From: Catajapyx aquilonaris
Taxonomy: Eukaryota
Assembly (NCBI GenBank): GCA_000934665.2
Contig: KZ538486.1
Span: 1 to 64,000, forward strand
Length of the DNA: 64,000 nt
Direction of reading: 5' to 3'
This document shows, in pieces, positions 46,701-60,600 of the stretch. The position numbers were made by a program, and so were the translations under genes. The notes under the pieces were generated by a model, which worked only from the letters and a program-made list of their open reading frames with translations, did no database searches and had not been told where the DNA came from. Positions within the stretch are counted from its first letter, which is position 1. Each line of letters starts with the position of its first letter.

Positions 46701-49196
46701 GACAATGCACGCAATATGTAAATGGCAACGAAGAACATGCATTTGAAAGATATCTAACAAACGTAGGCCCTATGCATGACAACCATGACCTCAAATGCCA
46801 CATTGCTGTACTTTGTTGGAAACAATGCGACACCTATTCTGTTCGTGGCAAAAATTGCAAAAAAAACCCAAAGAACAACAAACAGACAATACACGCACGT
46901 GCAGTACTGCAGCTTCTCGACCGGATTTAGTTTCAACATAGTAAGTCTCGCAATGCAGCACACGACCTACCCTAACTACAAAGAGTTCTACGATGCTATA
47001 TAGTCCTCATTTCTTAACATTCGTGGTTCTAATAGGCACCCATCAATTTGAAGAAAACTGCATACTTCAATAGAATATGGGCTGAAGCCCAAGGTAATAA
47101 ATCTGGAACTCAAAAGCCATCTTGTTCATGGAATCGGCATCATAAATATGGAATAGCGCAGTAAATTCACCCCTTATTGTTGGAATGCCTCGTTCAGGTT
47201 TATATCGAGCGTGGAATGTCAATAACTAATTTAGTTTTCCCTAAATATCATTTTAATACTCTGCTTTGTTTTACTAGCCCATTCAATTATAGCATTTTGC
47301 AATACATACAAGAGTGGCACAAATTCAAATCCGCCCGCTCATCCTTTCTACCTGTCTTCGAAGGCGCCATGAATTATTCACGGTCAGCCATTGTGAGTCC
47401 CACTTCAATGGCAAACAACCGACACAAAGGGTTCTAGAAATATAAACGGAAGTCATCCTTTAATGATCTTGAACGCTGTCAAGGCTCGAAGCGTCGAAGG
47501 CCTCTACCAACTCTGAATCCAGGTCATACTGAGTGAAGGGAACCCCATTACTAGGAATGTTTTCTCCCAATTTTTTTCCAACCCACTTGCCGCTGCAGGC
47601 TCCGAAACGCACCTTCTCCACAAGTTACGTCACTATCACTCCTCCTAAAACTCTTCCCTAACGTGACATTCCTCACGTAGGATATCCCGCCCAGAACATC
47701 CCAACACGCAGGACTCAAGACTGACCCAGTCTGATAGTGACTCATGTTATCTCCGTGTAATTTCACGGAGGTGAATTCACGATCATACCGTAGCCTAAGG
47801 TGCCTGTCGCTGTCAGGAGACGTCCATTCCCTCAAATACTTTCACCAGACCACGTGTTGAGCTTAATTTCACTATTTTTACGAGTTACAGATTCCGCTTA
47901 TATCAAATTAATCACTCGAGGTAGGATTTACATATAATAGTAACATATAAAGATGCACTGTGCAAATTTCACATTGCCTTTAATTAAAGTGTGAGATGGG
48001 GTGAAATTACTTTCGCCACTTAGCTATTCCAGGTTGGTGTAATGCAGAAGTTGTCCTCAAAAAAAGTATAATGAAATGAAAATAGGTCTGCACTTACACG
48101 CAAAGTGGCATGGAGGGTATATACAACCGCTATACTGCTTATTTAGTAAAACCAACCTCAAACAATACTCCCGAGGCGTGTAAAAATTCAGACTGGAGTA
48201 ATAACATTTGCAACACACTTTTGCTTCATCCCATCCATTCATACTCAATCGACCATAAACCTGGGGCATCTCCGCAACATTTTATTGGGTGTAAAAATTA
48301 CTCAATTTATGACGCTTGTAATCACAAGTAAAATTCATTTCATAATAAATTGCAGCATGTATTGCCACAGAAGTGTGCTGCTTTCTTCGAGGTTGCAATT
48401 ATTTGTATCGTCACCGTCAATCTTGACTTACATTTCACTCGTCCTCTATAGTAGAAAATGGTCATGGTATTGCGATATCTACTCACGACCAGGTACTTCC
48501 CAACTCTGGCTGGGAATAAACTGCACAAAGGAATCCATTACCGAGTTGTCAACATGCTCGTGCTCGAGCTCTTTAAATTAAGTGGATCTTCCACAGTGTA
48601 CCAACATCAGGGTTTGCTGCGTCAGCAACTAGAGCATGTATTGAAGGTGAAAATTGCTTAACTCCATGCCGCGCTAAAACGGAACCTCATATATGAAACC
48701 CCACCCTAAGTAAATGCGCGCAGGTTTCCATTCAATTTGCATAAAAAACTCCGGATTATTCCAGTCTGGATTTTCACATAACACGACACATTACGCCGCG
48801 AAACATGTTTTTTCTTGTGACGGAAATCCGTAACCAACCGGTTCTCCCACCACGTAACAGTGGTCCATCGTGACCTATTTTTCCGAGCAATTGACCAATA
48901 CCGGCGAAAGTGGAAAATGTCCGCCCCTACTACGTATTCCTCCAGCAAATCTTGTCTTGTCCCCCCTAACCGACTTCCTAGAGCAATGCAGCATATGAAA
49001 AGCCTTTCTCAAAGTCCTCAGTCAAGGCCGTGCTCAGCCGGTGAAACTACCGCTGGACCACCTCTGCCGTAGGGTTTCCCTTTCCACAACCGCGCCTGTG
49101 CTCAACCAGTGTGGAAGCAGGAGCCTACCGGTGAAGAACCAGCGTGGAAGTGGAGGTTCCTCAGGAGCTATTAGTGGAGGAGGAGACGAAGCCGCT

Positions 49197-51419
49197 ATGG
49201 ACAACGTCAACGGCAACGCGTTGCGGTTAGTCCCACTGCTGCTACCATTCTTCGGGCTATTCCACTACGATATGAACGATCCGGAGGGTCATGTGGTCAA
49301 TCGGATGGTGCTGGACAGGGAGTATGACTTCATAGTGGTGGGTGGTGGCTCGGCAGGTGCGGTAGTAGCCAACAGACTATCCGAAGTGCCGCATTGGAAG
49401 GTGTTGCTACTAGAGGCCGGTCCGGACGAGAACATATTCACGGACATACCCTCTCTGGCCGTGTACCTCCAGCTGACTGACATCGACTGGAAATACCAGA
49501 CTGAACCACAACCGACAGCCTGCTTAGGATTCAAAGACGGCCGGTGCAATTGGCCTAGAGGAAAAGTTCTTGGTGGATCAAGTGTGCTCAACTACATGGT
49601 GTATGCTCGGGGTAATCGAAGAGACTACGACGGATGGGTTGCGGACGGTAACCCGGGGTGGTCGTACCGCGAGGTGTTGCATTATTTCAAGAAGTCGGAG
49701 GATAACCGTAACCCCTATTTAGCCCGGAGTGACTATCATGGTAGTGGAGGCTATCAGACGGTACAGGAATCTCCTTTTCACACACCCTTGGCCCTAGCTT
49801 TTCTTCAGGCTGGAATCGAAATGGGATACGAGAGCCGCGATATCAACGCCGCTATTCAGACCGGATTCATGCTGCCGCAGGGGACGCTTAGAAGAGGTTC
49901 AAGGTGCAGCACAGCCAAAGCGTTCTTGCGTCCAATAAGGTTCCGGCCTAACCTTCATATTGCCCTCAACGCCCAGGTTAGTCCTATTATGAAAATTTTA
50001 AATGCTATTTTGTTCATCAACTATATGTGTGAGTGTGTAATTATTACATATGCTCCTCACACCACTTACTCAAAGTTCCCCAGGGTCACCCGTATGTTTC
50101 TCAACAGCTGCATACATTACTTGCAACTTCAATTACATACATGCAGCACACAAAAGCGTTATCAATCCCATGATAAAACCTGCCTGTCAAGTCACACGCA
50201 ACAATTACTGTAATTTCCCTGATGCACACTAAAAGCACTAACATAATGACTACTGTTTTTGGCAAATGCTATACGTTATTTATACCCGCATGCAGGTACA
50301 TCGTCTTCTGACGAAGCGACGCACCAAGCAAGTCGTAGGTGTCGAATACAAGCGGAACAGCCAGATTCTGGAAGTCCGTGCTAAACGAGAGGTCATCCTG
50401 TCAGCCGGTGCCATCAATTCTCCCCAAATCATGATGCTGTCCGGCATAGGTCCTAAGGATCACCTCAAAAAAGTCGGCATACGAGCGATGCATGATCTTC
50501 CGGGAGTAGGCCAAAACATGCAAGACCACATCGGACTGGGCGGACTCGTGTTTGTAGTCAACCAGCCTGTCTCTCTGGTTATGCCCCGGTTTGAAAACCT
50601 GGCTTCGGTGTACCAGTGGAGTGTACACGGAAAAGGACCTATGACAATTCTGGGTGGGGTGGAAGCACTTGGGTGGGTCAACACCAAGTATGCAAATGCA
50701 TCAGACGACTACCCGGACATCGAGTTCAATCTCATTGGCGGAAGTGCTGGATCGGACGGTGGTTCCCGAATCAGATTAGCCCACAATGTGGCCGACGATC
50801 TCTACCAAGCCTATTTCAAACCGGTCGAACTCAAAGACATGTACACCATTTTTCCGCTCTTACTCAGGCCAAAGAGCAGAGGTTACCTTCAGCTGAGGTC
50901 AACGAATCCGGAAGATGCCCCTCTCATTTACGCCAATTACATCACACACCCGGATGATGCCAAAGTAAGTTGACTCGAGGAGGAGTATACGTAGTACCCT
51001 GTATAAACCAATTCATGTTACAGGTGCTAGTCGAAGGAGTCAAGATGGCAGTAGCCCTCTCCGAAACTAAAGCTATGCAACGCTTCGGGGCTCGCCTCAA
51101 CGACAAGCTGTATCCTGGTTGTCGCAACCATACGCCCTGGACTGACCCATACTGGCTGTGCATGGTCCGCCATTACACAACCACCATCTACCACCCTGCC
51201 TCAACCTGCAAGATGGCACCAAAGTCCGACCCAGACGCAGTGGTTGACGCACACCTCCGAGTCCACGGTGTCAAAGGCCTCAGAGTCATCGATGCCTCCA
51301 TCATGCCCACCATAGTCAGCGGTAACACGAACGCTCCAGTCATCATGATCGGCGAAAGAGGTTCCGAATTCATCAAGGACGACTGGGGCGAACCAGTAGA
51401 TAAGATCGACGACACCTGA
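49197..51419 (+). CDS. GMC oxidoreductase 5, nested in the upstream Flo2 intron
   Basis: Exons 49197-49976, 50296-50964, 51024-51419 with phase-0 GT-AG introns (614 aa; start ATG uncertain because the frame stays open upstream). Motifs [41 protein letters not shown]. Confidence 0.95.
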
Positions 51420-53599
51420 CCTGCATGAAGTGGTTCGACAGACAATTGCGTAAGAACAGTGATATCACCGCACGCAACGCGCATTTTATACCTCTACTTG
51501 TGCCACAGTGAAAGAAACAGGAGAAAAAAGACCCGTCTCTGGTGAAAGTGAAGTGTTGTGTGACTTGCAATGCAATCTAGCATCACTCGGTGTACCACTG
51601 ACCCCAATGCGCTGGTTGCTGAGGTCATGAGGGCTCTATGGGGGCTTCTTCCGGCAATTCGCGTGTGACACGCTGTTATGGCTTCGAAATATGTGTCTGT
51701 ACAAAAAAAGAAGAAGAAAAAAGTCGCGAAATGAATGAGTGTTGAATAATCAGCGAGGCCTCCTTTTACCGCCTTAACGAGCCGCCTGGACAGCGGTATA
51801 ATAGATGGGTTCGTGGGATTATTCCATCATAGAGTGAGATGCATCACGTGATTCTACAGGCGGCCATCATTAGCAGCATTTTGCCAGTACCAAAAGAAAG
51901 CGAAAGCGGGTCAACTCATTCAGGATTCTTTGCAAACAAGTACAACTTTGTTTCCTCTTATTTTTCTTGCGTCATCCAACTGATCCGGTGCTCAAGACTG
52001 TTAATTACAAACCATTTATATATACTGATTTTATTAAATACATATGTTGTATTTTCTCTTGTGATGTTACCAACTACTGATCGCAATGTAAAAACATCCA
52101 TCACTGGAGACCATGAAATGTTCAACGTGCAATATTTAACTTTACAAACCAGAATTTCGTATAAGCCCGTAGAGGGTACTAAGTTGATACTTCACCAGCT
52201 CTCTAGCCATTATTAAATTCTGGAAACGAGGCGTTAAGCTTACATAATTTATTCGCGTCGTGCAAAGAACACTTTAGCTATTAATATAGTTAAACCCATA
52301 AGGGGATTAAAAGAGTGGCACAGATTCAATTCTTTTTAATGCGATTTTCCTGTCAAATTTTTGCACGCTAAATCTCTAAAGACCACCTGTTAATACAGCA
52401 GCGATTAAATCTAACACTGCCCACATCTCTCAATTTTCTAATAAGTCAACATACTGTCATACAGGCCAGTCATCATTAACTTGTATATTTATCCCAAAGA
52501 CTTCATATACAACTTGCACGTGCCATACAATAGTTTCAGTTTCTACGTGCAGCATGACACTTGTTTACGGGCGGTATAGAGAATCAGCACAGAATTTGAT
52601 GCACCTACTGAACTTCATGGCACCAGTCTCTCTCTTGTAAAATGAATAATTGTCTCCAAATTGGTGGGAAATAAATTCGAGAACTGCACAAATCATAATT
52701 TAATTTTATGCAAAAAGCAGAATGTAGATCATAGCTCAAATAAATCGTGAGAAGCACTTTCATGATAAGTGATAAATAAAAACATCCATCGAAAATCGCA
52801 ACTTTCGGCCGAAACTAAAAGTTCGAATGCGATGCACCTATAACCTAAACATGAAAATGGCTTAAACAAAAAGGATATGGAGATTCCAAGACATATGTGT
52901 CATTACATCAATATTATAGCACTATAAAGAAGGCGCCCTCATAAATTTCCCGATATCGGAAATTACATACGTGACACTTCCACGCGAACAAAAATTCCGA
53001 TAGCACAATAATGCCTTACTTCTTGACAACATTTCCCTCTTACGTTAATGAAAACAGCATGACTTTTAAATTGCGCATCAACAGTTGCATTGTTTTGCTC
53101 TCTATAAAACGTAATTGTACTCCCGTAACAGTTCATGTTTTCCAAAGGCTGGAAAGTAACAATCTTGATACACTGCAGTTACACATAATTTAATACCAGA
53201 TTAATTTAATGCCATGCTAAATCTGCAAGTACCGCAAAACTATCGCACAGATAAACGGAAGTGAAACCATTATCGTCCCCGATAACTAGTGCCCTGGTAG
53301 TAACGTTAGCCTATATTCCTTTTGCCATGCATTTTCCCTCCTTTTCGACTTTTACCTCGAACCTGTGGAGATGGTTCAGGAAGCGGAACGACAGGTTCAG
53401 TGTCCAATTTTCCGGCCAATTTGGTAGCGTCCCCATCAAAGGAGCTCAATTAAGACGCGGAGGCTTTTCGACTTTCAATTTATCTCCATGGGCGGATCCC
53501 ACTATTTTCAATAGAAAATGCCATACGTATAACCAAGGATTCGTTGCAAAATAAGTTACGCCACTCATTTTTTCATAATATATTTCCGTGTCCTTTGTA

Positions 53600-53879
53600 C
53601 AGTGTTGGGCATAAATCGCGTCATACTGCTTCCGACGTTTTCTAATGCGGCAGAAATGCAAATCGAAGTGACAGAGTGTGAGCCGTGCGAGTAAGAAGAG
53701 GTAGGCTTTGATTGACGTCACCGGCTGGAGGGGAATGGAGAAAAGGCTTGTCCCCAGCCAGTGACGTCACCCAAGGGCTACCATTTCTTACTCGCACGGC
53801 TCGCACTCTATCACTTCGATTTGCACGTCTGCCGCGGCAGATGTCGCTAACAGTATGACAAAATTAATGTCCAGTACTG
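53600..53879. mobile_element. Foldback MITE, Tc1/mariner-like, 280 bp
   Basis: TA-CAGT...ACTG-TA ends with imperfect inverted arms of about 130 bp (e.g. tgcaaatcgaagtgacagagtgtgagccgtgcgagtaagaa vs ttcttactcgcacggctcgcactctatcacttcgatttgca). A second copy starts at 63831. Confidence 0.85.
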
Positions 53880-54577
53880 TACGTGTTCAACAGGACTTCA
53901 ACTACTATCGCTCAAGGCCTTTGACACGAAACACTGGGTGTGTCACCCATGATCAGTACCACCAAACCGATCTGGCCCCAGCCATCTCCCTGAAATCAAT
54001 CTACTGACAGTGTATTCAGTTCGCCCCAATCGTCCGCGGTCAAACCAAATCGAACCGTGTATGTCCGCAACATCTGTCGTCGAGGGGGAATCCATGTTGC
54101 ACCATACAGAGGGGACCCAGGGTATACATCCATCTACCTGTATAAACCGTGATTTTATCGGCTTTTCTGGTCGAGCCGCAGGAAGCGTCTCTAGTACTGA
54201 AAAGGCCTACGACGACCTCTTCGCGGTTCCAGCAGAAACCCATTTCCCTTCACGTTTCCTCTCGTGCTAGAAGAGAATCATAGCACGCTAGTTTATTTTT
54301 GAGCTACACAAGCGTGGTGAAATAATTACCACGCGAAAAGAGTCACGCAGGTCTCATAATTACGTGACAAGGTCGCCCGCATCCAGAAGACCCTGCTTAT
54401 TTTGGACTATAAAATATGGAAGTAACAAAATTATGAATGTTTTATCAGCCTTGCAGCAGTAAACTCCAGTATACACTCTAGTGCTTGTAGACCTATGCTT
54501 GTTGAGAGGAACAGGGTTTTATTAACTCCTACATGGGGGACGCATGCCAGGGGGAACTACTAACAGGTAAAGAACAA

Positions 54578-54632
54578 TAACCTCATTCATATATGAATAC
54601 TAAATGGCCTATTCATATGTGAATGGGGTTAA
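54578..54632. mobile_element. Ultra-short inverted-repeat element ending GGGG-TTAA (piggyBac-MITE-like)
   Basis: taacctcattcatatatgaata ... tattcatatgtgaatggggtta; the arms match at 20/22. Confidence 0.45.
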
Positions 54633-57600
54633 GTGTTAGAAAGGATTTCCTTATTGACGGTGTTGGATCAACATAAACGCTACTGCACGATGCAATACGC
54701 CTATATGCTGGATACTCCGTTATTGAGTTAGCATATGATTGACTCAGTAAACTCAGAATCAATGCTTCTTTGAAATTCCTTGTCGTATTATTATCAGGGC
54801 ATTCATTTGCTTACAATACCGCCTTTCACCGTATAGAACCCATTCATAGTTTTTGTTTACAAGTCCTCTAAAATTACACACTTATTTCTTATATTACGTG
54901 CTCAAAAAATGCATATAGAGATGAATCGACCAGCCCTTGAAGCTGTATATAGCCATAACTCTAAAGCCTCGCAAGGTCTGTGAAAGCCCCTCTATAATGA
55001 CAATTATATTAACCTTCAGTGATCCCATCCGCTAAGACCGGAAACAAGTCCCTATAAAGCTTTGATGGCCTCATGTTCGTCAGAAAATTGGCTCGGAAGC
55101 AACAAATTCCGGATCTGCAAAGGATAGAAATTCAAAGCAGGCACAAGGGTCCTTCACCTCGACAAAGGCTTCACTTTGTTTTGAAGCACTTCTTGGAGTT
55201 TTTCCTCCCATACATCTCAGGACTGCCTAAATCCACACAAACACGGATTGGCTCTCAACAGGACGTAAAATGCTGAGAAAATTGTGGACGACGTTTGAGT
55301 TCCTACACAATACGAAACGAGTATGGCCGAACTACTTAATACGTAAAGGGGCAATAACTCAGAAGGTCATAACACACCCCATGCCCATTTAGTTCAATAA
55401 TAAATTATTACTTCGAATCTGCATCAGACTATATAACAACCACCTTACAAACACTGTGCATTTGCCCCCAACATTTTCCCCGATACAATACCACAAACCT
55501 TCAACTGGGCCCGCACTGTTTACAGCCCATCATTCAATAGTTGCGAATCCACGCCATAAAAATTTATTTATTGACCAGCGGCTTTAGTCTGGCCCAAAAG
55601 CCCCGGTGTGACCGGAAAGCCGCGCAACTTAGTGGGAATATAGAGCACCTGAACGATTATTTCCATTCCACCCATAGCGAACAGTACGTCCCTAAAAAAA
55701 AAACCTTCGTGTTCACCGATTGAACCGAGGTGTTCCCTATCGATTGTGAAGAGCGGTGCCAGTCGAGAAAGTAGGGCAGTTCTTATAGGTGTAAATCTCC
55801 CCAAAGTCAGTCACGGCCAGGTATAAGTGAAAACACCATTTTTTGCACACCCTGTATGCGCCATGAAAATTTAAGGTAGAAAAATATTGCACTTGAATCT
55901 ATGTGCCACTAGTTTGTAAAATAAATTAAACATAACATTTTTGCCTACTACCATTGGTATGGGTATTTCCTGAGAAAATCCCATACAAAACTGTCTCTTC
56001 TTGTGAAGATTTCCGCCACACACCACATGTAAAGCACCGTATTGATCAAATCCCACCTTCTACCTCCTTTCCCCCCCTTTTCTGCCATCATGAATATTGC
56101 AGCCAGCTCTATATAGTCAATGGGAAAAAGGGAAGCTCACTACACACCTATGTGTTATTCCTGGGCAAATGAAAACCCTTTGTACAGGAAGGTCAAACTG
56201 TACATTTTGAGAGACTTTTTTGCCAGACCTGTTTACATAGGTCTGACTACAGAACTAATATTAAAACAGACTTGTTCGAAACCCGTCCTTGGGGGCAACA
56301 GGTTACCATGCAACGATGATGCTCGACCAAGTAATCTGATGCCATGGAGACGCTTTTTTGGGCCAATTTCGCCACCCCCTAGGTACGCCTTTATGCTCTA
56401 ATTCAGCGTAGTACGTGTAGACTTACTCGGCGCATAATTATCCGCTATTTAATCAAATGGAAAAAATGCAAGCATTTCAGCGTATGCTAATTATATCCAG
56501 TTGCATCGCATTAACAGGTGCATTCTTCCAGCCGTATGCAAAACTGCTCGTCATTTCCATTCATCTCAGTTAGGCCGTGCCATAAACTGTCCATTTGTGA
56601 GTCAAATGTTGTTAATTGTAGTCGGGCAGAATACTGCTGCACAGAGTGAAGATATGAAGTGATTATGCAAATATATCCAGACGACGACTTAATGTGAAAT
56701 TATTGACTCGATGTTATCACAAAAGCACAAAAGAGTTATACAAACAAGAGCCTTTGTAAATTATGCCCAGAAATAGCGTTAACGTCAAAAGAGCAGCGTA
56801 TTTCAACACTCCCTAAGCATGTCGAATCACATGGAATTTATGAGCTATCACTCTGTAACACTAACAAAAGAAAGCAAGACAACGGCATATAAATTCCTGT
56901 CAAAGGAAGCGAGGTGTTCATTTTCCTGCGATTTTTGGTGTGAAACGCAGATTTTGCTACATCTTCATTTTTCAACTGTGCAACATTCATCATTTATAGT
57001 ACCTTCGTAGTCACCAGACAGCAGGGCGCCCATTCCTGGCAAGAGACACCTGAAAGTTAGTTAGCATTACATTACCATCCCAGTGCAAGGAACCGAGGGG
57101 ATAAAGAATGGCGAGCAAAATAATTATAAAAAACAAAGTAATGGACTGTCTGGACAACTTGACAGCGCATTACACAACGCTGGCATACTGCCCATATGTG
57201 ACACTAATTTCTACCGCACTGCAGAATGAAAAAGATACAAAAACAACGACCCAACAAATTCTTTTCCGTATTCCCCTCAACATAAAGAAAGTTACACAAG
57301 TTTCAATGCTGGTTTTTGTGTTGTTATTACATTTCCGCAATATTGTGTCAAATAATCAGTATCAGACACAATTTCATATTTGATTGCATGTCATTGAAAT
57401 TATTACGCAGCGCTAGGTCTTCATATTACTCGATTACTGGTATAGAAAGCATTTTATCATCTGTTTACAATGTTACAATGTCACTGAACCTGAACTGGTT
57501 AGTTTCACACATCACATTGTATACAGCATGATAACTGATTTTTATATTGGGTAATAACACGGTCCTTATAGGTGAGTTTCAAAAAAAACTCTTAATAACC

Positions 57601-60600
57601 CTCCCGTTAGCTTTCACCTGAAACACGCCGTTGGACACCGTTATAAATTAAACCGCAGCCCCAACTATTCAGGTGAGTCCTGCACTACAAACAAGAACAA
57701 GCGCAGTTTCCTATCAAAATGTAGCCTACCTCCTTCATGCCTATATTTAACAACTCAACTTCCCATATCAGTTTTTGGTCAGCCACCTTCTGAATACCTT
57801 CCCACAACTTGATTCGGCGACCACTTCTCCTTTACACATGCTGGCCAAAAACAAACCTCAATTTCCGCGCAGTGGTTGAAGTGCCATGAGATGATGGTAG
57901 AAACTTTATCGAAAAGCTCTCGGGACAAGTGCATGCTGAGCTGAACTATTACTAGACGGACTCCCCAGAGCCACGTCCCAATTTGTAAGGGGCTCTTCCG
58001 GAAGTTTCAGAAAGGAGAACTACTATAGAACCCTTTGAGATTGGTCACCGCCAGAGTCCAACAGAAACAAAATCACACGTAAAGCAATACCAATCGAGAG
58101 TAGGCAACATATGCAAAACACAGAGTGGTAATCTTCCCAATAAAACTACAACAATATTTATTTTCATACATACGCATTTGATACGTGCAGTCACCATGTG
58201 GTTTAATTAAGGTAATTCCACATGTGAAGCACATCAATCATGCTAATCTCGGTGGAGCAATTGATGGCAAAACTTTGGCATTCATGACGCATATAAATGG
58301 ACTGGCCATTGATTTTATTTCAGGTTTCAGCCTCACTCATCGAAGGCCTTCCCCTGCAGATACCGGGTAAAATATCTGCCTATCATCCGGTTCTTCCATT
58401 ACACGGGAGAAACTCAAGCCTCTCATGTGAGACACTTTGTGTTCCGGTGGAAAAAGACGATTAATGGTTGCCTTTCGCCTGGTATTGGCCACGAGGGTAC
58501 ACTGCAAACTTAGCAGCCGAGCATCTTCAAAGCTCCCAGAGAACTGGGGCAGAAGAAAGAAAGAGACAGAAAACTTTCTATGTTAACAAAGTGGAGCGTT
58601 TCTGCGATTACATGCGACACCTCGAATCCCTTTTGTCGAGTAATCCTTTCACCACTAATAACCTACTTGGGAATTTCCAGTCTTTTCACAAAGTACAAAA
58701 AAGACGCTTTACGCCGTATATTCTCGCAAGCAGTTATTAGATAAACAATGCATGTTTCTGCGAAGCCTTTGACTTATTAGGTGGTTCGCAAGAAGAAAAT
58801 TCCGTTAGGATCTATCAAATTATCACCGACACAAAATAATACCATACGGCTATGAGGTAGTGCCACACTCTATTGACCCCGTGTCACCTCTTCTGATTAT
58901 GGAAAAAAATTACTCATAATACTGACGGTCCTTGTTCATGACAACCCGACCTGATAGCTACACCACACTGTCCAAACCTATCGTAGCTCATTCTCCGATA
59001 GATCGAAATCAGCCATCACAATTGAGAAGTCGATGACTTCCCATCGAGTTGATAACAACACGATAAGTTCTCTTCAGATAACAACCCCCATAATGACATC
59101 AGCCGCAACGCCTCCTACACAAGCCGGGAACCTCATTTCGGCTGATCACATTTCCCCATCATTTCACAAAAATCCTATTTCCAGGAGATGAACCCCTCGT
59201 CTCTCCCCATTATGAATAATAACCTTCCTCATTGTTTGAAACGGAGGCAAACACACGCCGTGACTTGTGACCTCTCCTTACATGCTCACGTAATAAAGGA
59301 AAAAAAAAGTAGGACGTTATAGGACCTCCTTGTCATCCGCAATCGCTGCTCATCTTTCCTCTGAGATGCTTCAGCAGCCCAAAGTGGCAGGTAACGAGGT
59401 GACGAGCCTTCATGGTGCGTCATTTGACACTACCATTCCGCCATCCTCGCTCGATCTCAATCATTCTAAGGGGAACAGGAAAGGCAGGTGCTTTTTCTTC
59501 TCTAAGCAAAAGGAAGAAGAAGACGAAAAATTGATTCTTAGGATTGGGTTGGAAGCTGCAGCCAAATCCACCTGCTTGCAATATTAGTGTCAGGCTTTCA
59601 TATACTGTCCACAAGAATGTAATAGCAATAGCAACCTTATCCTCCAAAAATATATATATTGTAAGTTACACTCCATCCAATTAACTGTAAGCTAATTGAG
59701 AAAATTAATGAAGTTATTATCCTGCAGGTAAGTTGATGAAATGTAATAATATGCAATTACCGCTGCATGCTGCTCAGTATAGTTTTGTAACTAAAACTTT
59801 TCACATCGTAATACTTCTTTTTGTCCTAAGTTTGCTTCAGTTTGTTCAATCACGGAATCTCATCATAACACCCAATCAGTTCCTGCAAAGAGCACTCGAG
59901 TGGCTCTCACGGGATCTGTTTTTCAAGCGATCTCATTCCATTACACTGTAAAATGAAAATAAAAATCTCTTTACGGCTAAAAAAAGAGAAAACTTTCCCT
60001 CTTTATCCTCCGGAAGGTACCGCGATCAATTTTTTGGGGGTGTCGAGACAAGAGTAATAAACGTGCTTCACGTTACACTAGTTACAGCAAATAAATTCTG
60101 GGAATTTGCGTAGTTAACTGGGATTGTAAACCCTAAATTCGTACTTACTGGCTGGTAATTATGTAACTCTGAAGATTTATTATTTAATATTTCTGATACC
60201 TGATGCACACTTGCAAACATTTGCTATATTTCACAAACTGCTTCAAATTTCACCCCCAAACTAAATTACATGAGGGCCAGTTCATCACGCTATGGAGAAT
60301 TCGTCAAAGTGACCCCCGGAACCCAATGTGCACGCTAGATGTCGCACAAAGGCTGGATTTCTGGGAAAGCATTTGAGCCCCCTGATGCCCCGCAGTGGTT
60401 TCCCAAACTGCATAGGAATTATACCGTTGATGAGACCAGTTAGAATGCTAGAAAAGCATTGGAGGATGGTGGTACCGATATCCATATTTAAATCCTCGAC
60501 CTACAATGAACCGCAACGCTAGGCTGTTTCAAATGTTTTACAATAATTGCAGTTGATAGCCATGTGGGAAATGACACAACATAAACGGTCATATTAGATT

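Noticed and set aside
19279..51484. Many 60-165 aa ORFs antisense or out of frame to the GMC exons (similar ones overlap Chc and Flo2)
   Set aside because: Shadow ORFs arising from codon bias of the real genes; no independent motifs.
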